Assembly: GCA_963828735.1 (NCBI GenBank)
Contig: CAWHFW010000005.1
Span: 32,001-96,000 of the forward strand
Direction: 5' to 3'
Origin: an uncultured Gemmatimonadales bacterium
GTDB lineage: Bacteria; Gemmatimonadota; Gemmatimonadetes; Gemmatimonadales; GWC2-71-9
Length of the DNA: 64,000 bases
Below the pieces are notes generated by a model that was not told the origin of the DNA, did no database searches, and saw only the letters and a program-made list of their open reading frames with translations. Positions 8,935 through 17,956 of this stretch are shown here, piece after piece (the stretch's first letter is position 1; each line of letters opens with the position of its first letter). Made by a program: the position numbers and the translations under genes.

Positions 8935-10913
8935 TGGGGCGCCTCCAGGGTGTACGCCTCCTCACTCGGGGCCGTGGTCACCACGGACAGGTCCCCGCGC
9001 CACGCCAGCAATCGCTCGGCGAGCGCGCCCGCCTCGAGTCCGTGGTGCCTGAGCACCTCGCCGGGCGCGCCGCAGGCGGGATAGCCCTCGACCCCGAGCG
9101 CGAGGAACTCCCGGCCGTCGAGGAGGCCGTGATCGGCCAGGGCGCGCGCGACCCGATCGGCCAGGCCGCCCACCGGCGCGTGGTCGTCGACGACGCACAC
9201 GCGCCGGTAGGGCGCCACGAGCCGCGCAAGCCACTCGGCGTCGACCCGGTTGAGCCACGGGTGGTTCACCACGGTGAGCCCGCCCCCGCGTGCAGCCATG
9301 GCCTCGGCCGCGCCCAGCGTCTCGTGCAGCAGCACGGGCCCATACGCCAGCACCACCGTGTCACCGCCCTGCGTAAGAGTCACGCCGCGGCCCGGCGTGA
9401 GCGCGTAGTTCGCCGGCAGCGCGATCGCCCGCGGCGACGGTCCGATCGCGAGTCGCAGCATGCCCACCCCATCGTTCCGCTCGACCAGGTACTCGAGCGC
9501 CAGGCGCGTCTCGAGCGCGTTGCAGGGCTGGAGAATGGTGCAGTTGGGAAGGGCTCCGAACAGGGAGATGTCGCGGAGGCTCTGGTGCGACTTGCCGGGA
9601 CCCGCCGGAATCAAACCGCCGAAGTGGCAGACATAGATGACCTTCGAGCGCTCGGTCGCGTTGTTGTAGATCTGCTCGTTGGCCCGCGACGCGAGGAAGC
9701 TCGCGAAGCTGTTCACCACGGGCAGTAGTCCGGTCCGCGCGAGGCCTCCCGCCATCGAGACCATGTCCTGCTCGGCGATGCCGTTCTCGATGAACCGGTC
9801 GGGGTATTGCTCCTCGAAGGCACGCACCCGGCAGTCGGCGGCGAGGTCGCCGTCGAGCACGACGATCTCGGGATGCCGGGCGGCCAGGCGCACCAGCGCC
9901 TCGCCGTACGCCTCGGCGACGAACTCCCGCGGACCGCCCGCGAGGGAGGGCGCCGCGTCGGCGGCCAGCTCCTCGACCGCCGGCGCTCCGAGACCGAACC
10001 GCTCGAACCGCGCTCGCACCCCGCCCAGCAGCTCGTCGCTCGCGCGCGTGAAGCTCTCGTCGTCCGGGGCGCCCGCGTGCCACCGGTACAGGCCGCGTCC
10101 GTCCGCCAGCGCGCGCGGATGCTCCATGAACGACACGCCTCGTCCCTTGATCGTATCGGCGATGACGATGGCCGGCACGTCGCGTGGCCGCCGGAGCTCC
10201 TCGAACGTGCGCGCGAGCGCATCCCAGTCGTGACCGTCGCACCGCAGCACCTTCCAGCCGTAGGTCCGGAACCGCGCCTCGATGTCGCCGAGGTCGCTGA
10301 TCTCCGAGACCGGCTTGTCGGTCTGCAGCTTGTTGTGGTCGACGATGACGGTCAGATCGGGTACACCCTGTCGCGCCGCGTTGAGCAGGGCCTCGTAGTT
10401 CTGGCCTTCCTGCAGCTCACCATCGCCCGTCAGCACGAAGACGCGGCCGCCGCGGCCCTGGCGACGCTTCGCCCACGCCATGCCCTTCCCCTTCGAGATC
10501 CCCATGCCCAACGAGCCCGAGTTCGCCTCGATGCCCGGAACCCCCACGTCGGGATGGCCGTCGAGACCGCCCAGGCGCCGGAGCTTGAGCAGCTGCTCGC
10601 GGCTCAGGACCCCGGCGGCGTGAAGGACGGCGTAGAGGCCAGGCACGTCGTGGCCCTTGGACGAGAAATACACATCGCGGTCCGGATGGCGGATGCCCTT
10701 GGCCAGGGTGTTCATCTCCCGGAAGTAAAGCCACACCACGATGTCCATCGCGCTGAAGCTCGATCCCAGGTGGCCCGAGCCCGCCCGCTTCACCGCCGAC
10801 AGCGTGTTGAACCGGCACATGTCGGCCAGCAGCGCGAGACGTTCGGCATCGGGGGTGCCGGCGCCACGGACGCGGGTGAATTCGGGCTGCGGGATCAGGC
10901 GAATACCGGTCAC
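8931..10913 (-). CDS. Transketolase-family ThDP enzyme (single chain, atypical)
   Basis: GHLGSSFS, SKGH, GHP, GSLGMG, GDGELQEG...VDHN, TIKGRG, GIAEQDM, SHQ. Confidence 0.88.
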   Translation of the reverse strand: MTGIRLIPQPEFTRVRGAGTPDAERLALLADMCRFNTLSAVKRAGSGHLGSSFSAMDIVVWLYFREMNTLAKGIRHPDRDVYFSSKGHDVPGLYAVLHAAGVLSREQLLKLRRLGGLDGHPDVGVPGIEANSGSLGMGISKGKGMAWAKRRQGRGGRVFVLTGDGELQEGQNYEALLNAARQGVPDLTVIVDHNKLQTDKPVSEISDLGDIEARFRTYGWKVLRCDGHDWDALARTFEELRRPRDVPAIVIADTIKGRGVSFMEHPRALADGRGLYRWHAGAPDDESFTRASDELLGGVRARFERFGLGAPAVEELAADAAPSLAGGPREFVAEAYGEALVRLAARHPEIVVLDGDLAADCRVRAFEEQYPDRFIENGIAEQDMVSMAGGLARTGLLPVVNSFASFLASRANEQIYNNATERSKVIYVCHFGGLIPAGPGKSHQSLRDISLFGALPNCTILQPCNALETRLALEYLVERNDGVGMLRLAIGPSPRAIALPANYALTPGRGVTLTQGGDTVVLAYGPVLLHETLGAAEAMAARGGGLTVVNHPWLNRVDAEWLARLVAPYRRVCVVDDHAPVGGLADRVARALADHGLLDGREFLALGVEGYPACGAPGEVLRHHGLEAGALAERLLAWRGDLSVVTTAPSEEAYTLEAPQ

Positions 10914-10924
10914 GAATGCTCCGA

Positions 10925-11680
10925 TCAGGCGTACGGTGGTGCGTCGACCTTCGGCAGTGCCTCGGGCTGCTCACGGGCCAGCTCCTCGGCCCAGGCCCAG
11001 TCCCGCGGGCTGTTGACGTCGAGGCCCTCGAGCGCCTCCGTCAGGAAGGGCACGATGGCCGATCCCGCGATCGTCCCGGTGTCGGTGACGACACGCGTCC
11101 AGGCGATCTCGAGGCTCGCGTTCTGAACGTATACCTCCGGCAGCGCCTGGTACTGTGCACTGTGCCACGGTCGCTCCGCGGGACTCAGCGGGAGCAGGGG
11201 AAGGAGTCTGCCGCCCCGGATCACCCACATCTTGCCCGGGTGCTGGGTCACCTTCTCCACGGCGCGAAGCGAGTGCACGCCGGCCGCGCCGGTGAAGAGC
11301 GACCACGCGCGCCGGATCGTCTCCGCACGGCGGAAGGGGCTCGTCGGCCGCAGGATGCTGAAGACCTCGTATCGCCGGCCGGCGGCCGCGAGCGTTCCCA
11401 GCATGTGCTCGACCCATTCGACGTCGGGCGAAAGGTCGCCCGCCATCGCGCCGGGACGCAGGCACGGGACTTCGGCCCCATAGTGTCGAGCGATGTCCGC
11501 GTACATCTCGCTGTCGGTCGAGCAGACCACGGCCGAGAAGACCCCGCTTGCCCGGGCACCCGCGATGGCGTAGGCCAGGAGCGGGTGCCCCGCGAGGCGC
11601 CGCACGTTCTTGTCCGGGACCCGCTTGGAGCCGGAGCGGGCGGGGACGAAGGCGATGGCGGGTGCCGGGGAAGAAGCCAC
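10925..11680 (-). CDS. neuA: Acylneuraminate cytidylyltransferase (CMP-ulosonate synthetase)
   Basis: PARSGSKRVPDKN, CSTD, LRPTSPFR, QALP..Y.QNAS. Confidence 0.9.
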   Translation of the reverse strand: MASSPAPAIAFVPARSGSKRVPDKNVRRLAGHPLLAYAIAGARASGVFSAVVCSTDSEMYADIARHYGAEVPCLRPGAMAGDLSPDVEWVEHMLGTLAAAGRRYEVFSILRPTSPFRRAETIRRAWSLFTGAAGVHSLRAVEKVTQHPGKMWVIRGGRLLPLLPLSPAERPWHSAQYQALPEVYVQNASLEIAWTRVVTDTGTIAGSAIVPFLTEALEGLDVNSPRDWAWAEELAREQPEALPKVDAPPYA

Positions 11681-11684
11681 GTGA

Positions 11685-13148
11685 CTAGAGCCGGCCGGGG
11701 TCGGTCTGGACGAGGATGTTCTTGAGCGTGCTGTACACGTCGAGCGCCTCGGTGCCCGGCTCCCGGCTCCCGTTGCCCGACGCCTTCACCCCGCCGAACG
11801 GCATGTGGGGCTCGCTGCCGTAGGTGCCGCCATTCACCACGGCCACGCCCGCTTGCACGCGCTGCGCGAACTCGGTCGCCCGATGGACGCTGGTCGTGTG
11901 GATGCAGGCCGTGAGGCCGTAGGGCGAGCGGTTCGCGAGCGCGAGCGCGCCCTCGAAGTCCGGCGCGCGGTACAGCGTGGCCACGGGTCCGAACAGCTCG
12001 GTGGCCGAGATCGCCGCATCGGCGCCCGCTTCGAGGAGCGTCGGCGCCAGGTAGAAGCCGGCGCGGTGCGCGGGATCGAGCAGCCGAGCGCCGCCGGTGA
12101 GCACCTTGACCCCCTCGCCCTTCGCCGCGTCGAGGCAGCGGAGGATACTCTCGAGCTGCCGCTCGTTGATCACCGGACCGTAGTCGTCGCCGTCCGAAGG
12201 ACCCACGCGGAGGGACTCGGCACGCCGCACGAGCGCGTCCCGGAATCGGTCGTAGACGGCGTCGAACACGATGATCCGGCTCCCCGCCGCGCACCGCTGG
12301 CCCGCGTTGCTGAACGCCGACAGCGTCGCCCATTTGAGCGCCGCGTCCAGGTCGGCATCATCGGCGACGACGAACGGGTTCTTGCCGCCGAGCTCGAGCG
12401 AGACCCGCGCCAGCCTGGCTCCCGCGATCTGCGCGATGCGCCGCCCGACCGCCGTCGAACCGGTGAAGCTCAGCACCGCGACGTCCGGGTGCGCCACGAG
12501 CGGCTCCCCGGCCTCGGCGCCGAGGCCCTGCACGACGTTGAGCACCCCGGCGGGGACGCCCGCGTCGTGCGCGATGGCGGCGAACAGCCACGCCGTGAGC
12601 GGCGTATCCTCGGCGGCCTTGAGCACCGCCGCGTTTCCGCAGACCAGCGCCGGAAACACCTTCCAGGCGGCGTTGGCGATCGGCGTGTTGGCGGCGATGA
12701 TGAGGCCGGCGACGCCGATCGGCTGCCGCACGGTCGACGCATAGCGGTCGGCCATCCCACTCGTCGTCGTGCGGCCGTACATCCGCTGGCCTTCCCCGGC
12801 CATGAACCGGCCGAGGGCGACGGCGCCGTCCGTCTCGCCGCGCGCCGAGGCCGGCGACTTGCCCGTCTCGAGCGCCACGACCTCGGCCAGCTCGTCGCGG
12901 CGTCGGGCCATCGCATCGGCCACCGCGTACAGGATCTCGCCTCGCCGGATCGGCGTCTCGCGCGACCAGCGCGCGTACGCGGCAACCGCCGCCGCCACGG
13001 CGCAGCGCACGTCCGGCTCGCGCGACCGCGTGAGGCGGCAGATCTCCCGTCCGTCGTGCGGGCTGAGCTTGGGCAGGGTATCCCCGCCGTCGGCCGCGAG
13101 CTCACGACCGCCGATCCAGTTGGGGACGAGCGCGGGGATCGCTACCAT
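11685..13148 (-). CDS. Aldehyde dehydrogenase
   Basis: FTGSTAVG, LELGGKNP, NAGQRC (catalytic Cys), ELFGPV, PFGGVKASG. Start ATG 13148 (or 13157). Confidence 0.93.
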   Translation of the reverse strand: MVAIPALVPNWIGGRELAADGGDTLPKLSPHDGREICRLTRSREPDVRCAVAAAVAAYARWSRETPIRRGEILYAVADAMARRRDELAEVVALETGKSPASARGETDGAVALGRFMAGEGQRMYGRTTTSGMADRYASTVRQPIGVAGLIIAANTPIANAAWKVFPALVCGNAAVLKAAEDTPLTAWLFAAIAHDAGVPAGVLNVVQGLGAEAGEPLVAHPDVAVLSFTGSTAVGRRIAQIAGARLARVSLELGGKNPFVVADDADLDAALKWATLSAFSNAGQRCAAGSRIIVFDAVYDRFRDALVRRAESLRVGPSDGDDYGPVINERQLESILRCLDAAKGEGVKVLTGGARLLDPAHRAGFYLAPTLLEAGADAAISATELFGPVATLYRAPDFEGALALANRSPYGLTACIHTTSVHRATEFAQRVQAGVAVVNGGTYGSEPHMPFGGVKASGNGSREPGTEALDVYSTLKNILVQTDPGRL

Positions 13149-13939
13149 GCGGTCCATCCGCCGTCCATGACCAGGTTGGCGCCGGTCATGTAGCTCGACG
13201 CATCGGAGCAGAGGAAGACGATCGCGCCGTTGTATTCGTCGGGGCGCGCCATGCGTCCGACCGGCATCCGGGCACAGTAGCCCTCGAGAAATCGAGGATC
13301 CTGGTCGTTGAAGACGCCGGCGAGCGTGAGGGTATTCACCCGGACGCCGCGAGGCGCCCAGTAGGTGGCGAGGTACCGCGTCAAGTTGAGAAGCGCCGAC
13401 TTCGACGCGGAGTAGGCCACTGGCTTCACGAACGCAGTGCCGCCCTGGGCGCGATACTCGTAGATCCGCTGGTCGGGCGACACGACGCCGTAGATGCTCG
13501 AAATGTTCACGATCGCGCCCCGCCCCGCCCTGGCCATCGCCGCCCCGAACACCTGGCAGCAGAGCATGAGGCCGGTGACGTTGACGTCCATCACCCGGTT
13601 CCACGACTCGAGCGGGTAGTCCTCGAACGGGCCGTTCTCGCTCGCCGGCGCATCGGGCGGCGAATCGATCGCGGCGGCGTTGACCAGTGCGTGAGGCTCG
13701 CCCAAGTCGCGCCGAATGCCGGCGAGTGCGGCCTCCAGCGCGTCCCGGCGGCGGACGTCCGCATGCAGGACGGCGACGCCTTCGGGCGCCGACGGGACCC
13801 CGGTGCCCGGCGACAGGTCGAGCGCCACCGCCCGGGCTCCGCGGGCCTGGACCGCCGCGCAGAACTGGCGCCCCAGGAGGCCCAGGCCGCCGGTGACGAC
13901 GACGACGCGGCCGGTGAGGTCGAACGGGTCGGCGCTCAT
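13142..13939 (-). CDS. Short-chain dehydrogenase/reductase, PtmA-like type found in nonulosonate clusters
   Basis: TGGLGLLG, NISSIYG..PDQRIY, YSASK, SSYMTGANLVMDGGWTAW. Confidence 0.88.
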   Translation of the reverse strand: MSADPFDLTGRVVVVTGGLGLLGRQFCAAVQARGARAVALDLSPGTGVPSAPEGVAVLHADVRRRDALEAALAGIRRDLGEPHALVNAAAIDSPPDAPASENGPFEDYPLESWNRVMDVNVTGLMLCCQVFGAAMARAGRGAIVNISSIYGVVSPDQRIYEYRAQGGTAFVKPVAYSASKSALLNLTRYLATYWAPRGVRVNTLTLAGVFNDQDPRFLEGYCARMPVGRMARPDEYNGAIVFLCSDASSYMTGANLVMDGGWTAW

Positions 13940-13943
13940 CGGG

Positions 13944-14492
13944 TCAGGACGCGCGGCCGGCCGGCCGGCCGGCGGCCTCGTGGGCGGCGACGAGGAGGTC
14001 GCACACCTCGCGCACGGCGCCGTGACCGCCTGGCCGGGTGGTGCGGAGTCGCCCCGCCTCGGCGACCGAGGGATGCGCGTCGCTCACGACGATGGGCACC
14101 CGTACCGCCTGGAGGCAGCCGAGATCGTTGACGTCGTTGCCGACGTAGGCCACCTGATCGAGGGTGAGCCCGAGATCCCGCACCACCGCCAGCAGCCGCT
14201 CGCGCTTGTCCTCGCACCCCTGAATGCACTCGACCTTGAGCTTCCGACTCCGCACCGTGACCACCGGGTTGATCTCGGTGGAGAGGATCAGCGCCTGAAT
14301 GCCCCGACGCTGCAGCGCCTGGAGGCCGAGCCCGTCGCCGCGCCAGCAGCGGACGGTTTCGGTGCCGTCCTCCGAGACATAGACCGTGTTGTCGGTGAAG
14401 ACCCCGTCGAAGTCGAACACGACGAGACGGACCGCGCGCAGGTCCGCCGCCACACCGGGTGGCATCGGCGGCCACCCACCCGCCACCGTCAT
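13944..14492 (-). CDS. HAD phosphatase, KdsC/Kdn-9-phosphate phosphatase-like
   Basis: DFDGVFTD, DGLG, ILSTE, YVGNDVND, GGHGAVREVCD. Start ATG 14492 overlaps the neuB stop. Confidence 0.88.
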   Translation of the reverse strand: MTVAGGWPPMPPGVAADLRAVRLVVFDFDGVFTDNTVYVSEDGTETVRCWRGDGLGLQALQRRGIQALILSTEINPVVTVRSRKLKVECIQGCEDKRERLLAVVRDLGLTLDQVAYVGNDVNDLGCLQAVRVPIVVSDAHPSVAEAGRLRTTRPGGHGAVREVCDLLVAAHEAAGRPAGRAS

Positions 14493-15550
14493 GCGACCGA
14501 CGCGAGCAGGTGTTCGAAGCGGATCATGTCGTCGGCGCGAAGCGCCTGGGAGAGCCGGCGGCCGAGGAGCCGGTCGAGCTCGTAGGGAGGAAGCCCGCCA
14601 CCCGGGCTCTTGACCGCCACATCGGCGGCCGTGAGGAGATGTCCCGCGGGCAGGTCGCGCGCGGCCACGAGGGTCTTGCCCATCTTGGTCATCGCGCTCT
14701 CTTCGGCGGGCACGACGCGCTTGACGCCATCGCCCAAGGCCGCCCGCGCGCGGCGCAGGTCGCGCACCATCTTCCGCATCCCGACCGGCTCGAGCGAGAG
14801 CGCGTGATCGGTGCCGCGCCAGGTGTGGTTGAGCGTGAAGTGCTTCTCGATGATCCGCGCGCCGAGCACGTAGGCCGCCACCGCCATCGCGATGCCGTTG
14901 TAGTGGTCGGAGAGCCCGATGCACGCCTCGGGGAACTGGTCGCGCAGCGAGCTGATGACGCGCAGGTTCATCTGCTCCGGCTCGGTGGGGTAGGTTGCCG
15001 TGCACTGCAGAATGCCGAGCCGCGGATTGATCTCGCCGATTGCGTCGGCCGCGCGGCGCACGTCGTCGAGCGTGGCGCCGCCGGTGCTCACGATGACGGG
15101 CCGGCCGATGCGGGCCACGTATCGGAGGAGCGGCAGGTTCTTGAGGTCGCCCGAGGCGATCTTGTAGGCGGGCACGTCGAGCTCGGCGAGAAAATCGGCG
15201 CTCGGGACGTCGAACGCGGTGGCGAAGAACGTCACCCCGAGCTCGGCCGCGTAGCGCTGCAGGTCGACGTACGCGTCGCGCCCGAGCTCGAGCGCCTCGC
15301 GGTGCGCGCCGTAGGTCGGGCCGAAGCTGTTCTCGTTTTCGTAGGGCTTGTCGTACATCGCCCGCGTGTACAGCGAGCGGTTGTCGCGCTTCTGCAGTTT
15401 GACCGCGTCCGCCCCACACTCCTTGGCGGCCCGGAACAGCTCCCGGCACTTCTCGAGACTGCCCTGATGATTATGGCCGATCTCCGCGATCACATAGCAA
15501 TCACTGTCGTCCGTGATCGTGGAATGGTCGATGGTCAGGGACCGGGACAT
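14489..15550 (-). CDS. neuB: N-acetylneuraminate synthase family protein with C-terminal SAF/AFL domain
   Basis: IAEIGHNHQG, GADAVKLQK, KIASGD, STGG, GLSDH, EKHFTL..GTDH..SLEP. Confidence 0.93.
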   Translation of the reverse strand: MSRSLTIDHSTITDDSDCYVIAEIGHNHQGSLEKCRELFRAAKECGADAVKLQKRDNRSLYTRAMYDKPYENENSFGPTYGAHREALELGRDAYVDLQRYAAELGVTFFATAFDVPSADFLAELDVPAYKIASGDLKNLPLLRYVARIGRPVIVSTGGATLDDVRRAADAIGEINPRLGILQCTATYPTEPEQMNLRVISSLRDQFPEACIGLSDHYNGIAMAVAAYVLGARIIEKHFTLNHTWRGTDHALSLEPVGMRKMVRDLRRARAALGDGVKRVVPAEESAMTKMGKTLVAARDLPAGHLLTAADVAVKSPGGGLPPYELDRLLGRRLSQALRADDMIRFEHLLASVA

Positions 15551-15577
15551 AGTCTCCGCTCGAGGTGGGACAGCCGC

Positions 15578-16624
15578 TCATCCACGTCGGGCCCGAGTAC
15601 GGGCGAGGCTCCGGAACATCGAGGAGCGCAGCGAGGCGAATTCGGCATAGTCGGCGGGGTGCCGTTGGCGCTGCGCTTCAAGGTACTCACGGGTGAAAAT
15701 CACCACAAGCGCGAGCGCCAGGCCCAGTAAGAGGCCCAAGAACAGGTCCAGCACGAGGTTGCCGTGCTCCGGCTCGGCCGATCCTTCCGGGCGGGTGATG
15801 ACCGTGGTCACGGGGGTGTTCCGGACCTCCTCGATGCGCGCGTTCTCGTAGTTCTGGGCCAGGGAGCTGTAGACCTGCTGGCGCAGGTCCACCCGTCGCT
15901 GGAGCCGGTTGGCCTCGAACATGAGCTGCGGTGATTGCTGGTAGCTGCGGTTGCGCTCGAAGAACCGCTCGAGCTCCTCCTCGCTCGCCTGCATCTCGTT
16001 CTTCGCCTCGGCGAGGCGGCCTTCCACGAACCGGCGCTCGGCCGCGGCGCGGGTCTGCCGGCGGGTCAGGTTGTAGCGGTCCACCAGGTCGAGCATCCGG
16101 CGGTTCACCTGGGTGGCGAGCTCCGGCCACGGCATGTCGACCCGAAGCGTGATGATCCCGGTCTTGAGCGCCACGCTCACGTTGGTGCGATCGCGCAGCT
16201 TCTGCAGGGTCCGCCGCAGCCGGATGTCGGGCGTGTTGCCCTTGGGCTTGAGCAGCTGAACCAGCGTGCCGTGGATGCTGTCACCGTCAGGCGTGCGGAA
16301 CCGGTAGTCGGTATCCGCCACGTCGGTGAGCAGCTCGCGCGAGTCCAGCAGCTCCGCGTAGAAATCGGGTGACTCCGGATTCGCGGGGCCGGCGCCCAGG
16401 GTGAAGCCGAACTGCGCGGCGAGCCCGGCGAGCTGCGGGCCCCGGGTGTCGCTCGTCTGGGGCATGAACTGCGAGGCCGCGAGAAAGCTGTGGCGCGGGA
16501 GCAGGGCGACGACGAGCGCGACGGCCACCGCCACGAGTGGCACGGCGACGGCGACGCGCCATTGGCGCAGGATCGCGTTGATCACTATGAGCGGCGCCCG
16601 ATCGGGCGCGCCAGCGTTGGTCAT
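15578..16624 (-). CDS. Wzz/GNVR-type polysaccharide chain-length determinant
   Basis: N- and C-terminal TM helices flanking a coiled-coil periplasmic region; located in a Wzy cluster. Confidence 0.8.
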   Translation of the reverse strand: MTNAGAPDRAPLIVINAILRQWRVAVAVPLVAVAVALVVALLPRHSFLAASQFMPQTSDTRGPQLAGLAAQFGFTLGAGPANPESPDFYAELLDSRELLTDVADTDYRFRTPDGDSIHGTLVQLLKPKGNTPDIRLRRTLQKLRDRTNVSVALKTGIITLRVDMPWPELATQVNRRMLDLVDRYNLTRRQTRAAAERRFVEGRLAEAKNEMQASEEELERFFERNRSYQQSPQLMFEANRLQRRVDLRQQVYSSLAQNYENARIEEVRNTPVTTVITRPEGSAEPEHGNLVLDLFLGLLLGLALALVVIFTREYLEAQRQRHPADYAEFASLRSSMFRSLARTRARRG

Positions 16625-17241
16625 TGCGGTCTACCTCCCACCACGGCGCCAAGCGTTCGAAGGATCAGGGACAGGTCGAACAGGACCGACGACCGGCGCA
16701 CGTACTCGCGCGCCAAGCGGATCTTGTCCGGCAGAATCACCCGCACGTATTCGGCGCCCGGGTCGGCCGCCGCCGCGAGCAGCGCCGACTCATCGCGATA
16801 CTTGAGGCTGGCGAGATCGGTCATCCCCGGCCGGACGGTCAGGATGTCCGCGTAGTCGGCGCGGTAGCGCTCCACGTATTCGGGCACCTCGGGCCGCGGC
16901 CCGACCAGGCTCATGTCACCGGCCAACACGTTGAAGAGTTGCGGCAGCTCGTCCAGCTTGAGCCGCCGGAGCCAGCGGCCCACGCGCGTGACGCGCGGGT
17001 CGGCCCCGATCGAGAGCGGGCCTCCCCGACGCGCGGCATCCTCCACCATCGTCCTGAACTTGATGATCCGGAAGGGGCGGAACCCTCGGCCTACGCGGAC
17101 CTGACGGAAGAACACCGGTCCCGGAGAGTCGAGCGCCACGCTGGCGGCCACGACGGCCAGGAGCGGGCTCAGCACGACCACGCCGAGGCCGGCAAGGGTC
17201 AGGTCCAACGTCCGCTTCGCCAATCCGGCACGTGACGTCAC
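16621..17241 (-). CDS. PglC/WlbG-like phosphoglycosyl transferase (initiating sugar transferase)
   Basis: KRTLDL, FFRQVRVG, KFRTM, DPRVTRVG, DELPQLFNVLAGDMSLVGPRPE. Confidence 0.95.
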   Translation of the reverse strand: MTSRAGLAKRTLDLTLAGLGVVVLSPLLAVVAASVALDSPGPVFFRQVRVGRGFRPFRIIKFRTMVEDAARRGGPLSIGADPRVTRVGRWLRRLKLDELPQLFNVLAGDMSLVGPRPEVPEYVERYRADYADILTVRPGMTDLASLKYRDESALLAAAADPGAEYVRVILPDKIRLAREYVRRSSVLFDLSLILRTLGAVVGGRPQ

Positions 17242-17251
17242 CTGGGAACTT

Positions 17252-17956
17252 TCATGGCCGACGGAGCACGCCGAGGTAGTGGGTCCGAAGGAAGGGCGCC
17301 GCGGCCAGGGTGCGCGCGAACCACGGCGCCCGCGGCGCCAGGAGACGCGTGAGTGGCGGGGCGAGGGTCGCCCGGGTCAGCGCCACGCGACAGCCGGAGA
17401 ACAAGGCCTCGATCTCGTCCCGGGCCACCCGACGCACGTCGGGATTGTCGGGATTGTCCACCCGGATGTCGTACCAGAGCACGGTGCCTCCCGGGCGAAG
17501 CACCCGCAGCATCTCGGACGCGATCGCGTGGCGGACGCCGTCGTCGAGAATCGAGCTGAGCACCGTGGCCTGCAGCACGAGGTCGAACGTGCCGTCGCCG
17601 TACGGCAGGGCCGTGGCCCCGCACTGAGTCAGCGTCACCCCCGGCGCGCACACGCGGCGCGCCCGGGCAATCCGCTCGGGCAGCAGGTCCACGCCGTGAA
17701 GCCGATCGGGCCGCGCCCCCCATCGGACGAAGTCGAGCAGCCACTGTCCGCTCCCGCAGCCCACTTCGAGAATTGCGCGGTCCCCCAGGGGCAACAGGCC
17801 CTCGCGGCCGAGTAGCGAGAGGACGGCTGCCTCCCGCTCCTGCATCATGTACAGGTGCGCGGGGTTGCTGAACGCGTAGCGGTCTCCGGTCCGTCGGCGG
17901 GCGTACGCCTCGCGTACCCTCGCCTCCTCCGCGCGCTCGGCGTCCGGCGTGGTCAC
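17252..17956 (-). CDS. Class I SAM-dependent methyltransferase
   Basis: LEVGCGSG, GVDL, LPYGDGTFDLV, RVLRPGG. GTG start 17956 overlaps the upstream stop. Confidence 0.88.
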   Translation of the reverse strand: MTTPDAERAEEARVREAYARRRTGDRYAFSNPAHLYMMQEREAAVLSLLGREGLLPLGDRAILEVGCGSGQWLLDFVRWGARPDRLHGVDLLPERIARARRVCAPGVTLTQCGATALPYGDGTFDLVLQATVLSSILDDGVRHAIASEMLRVLRPGGTVLWYDIRVDNPDNPDVRRVARDEIEALFSGCRVALTRATLAPPLTRLLAPRAPWFARTLAAAPFLRTHYLGVLRRP

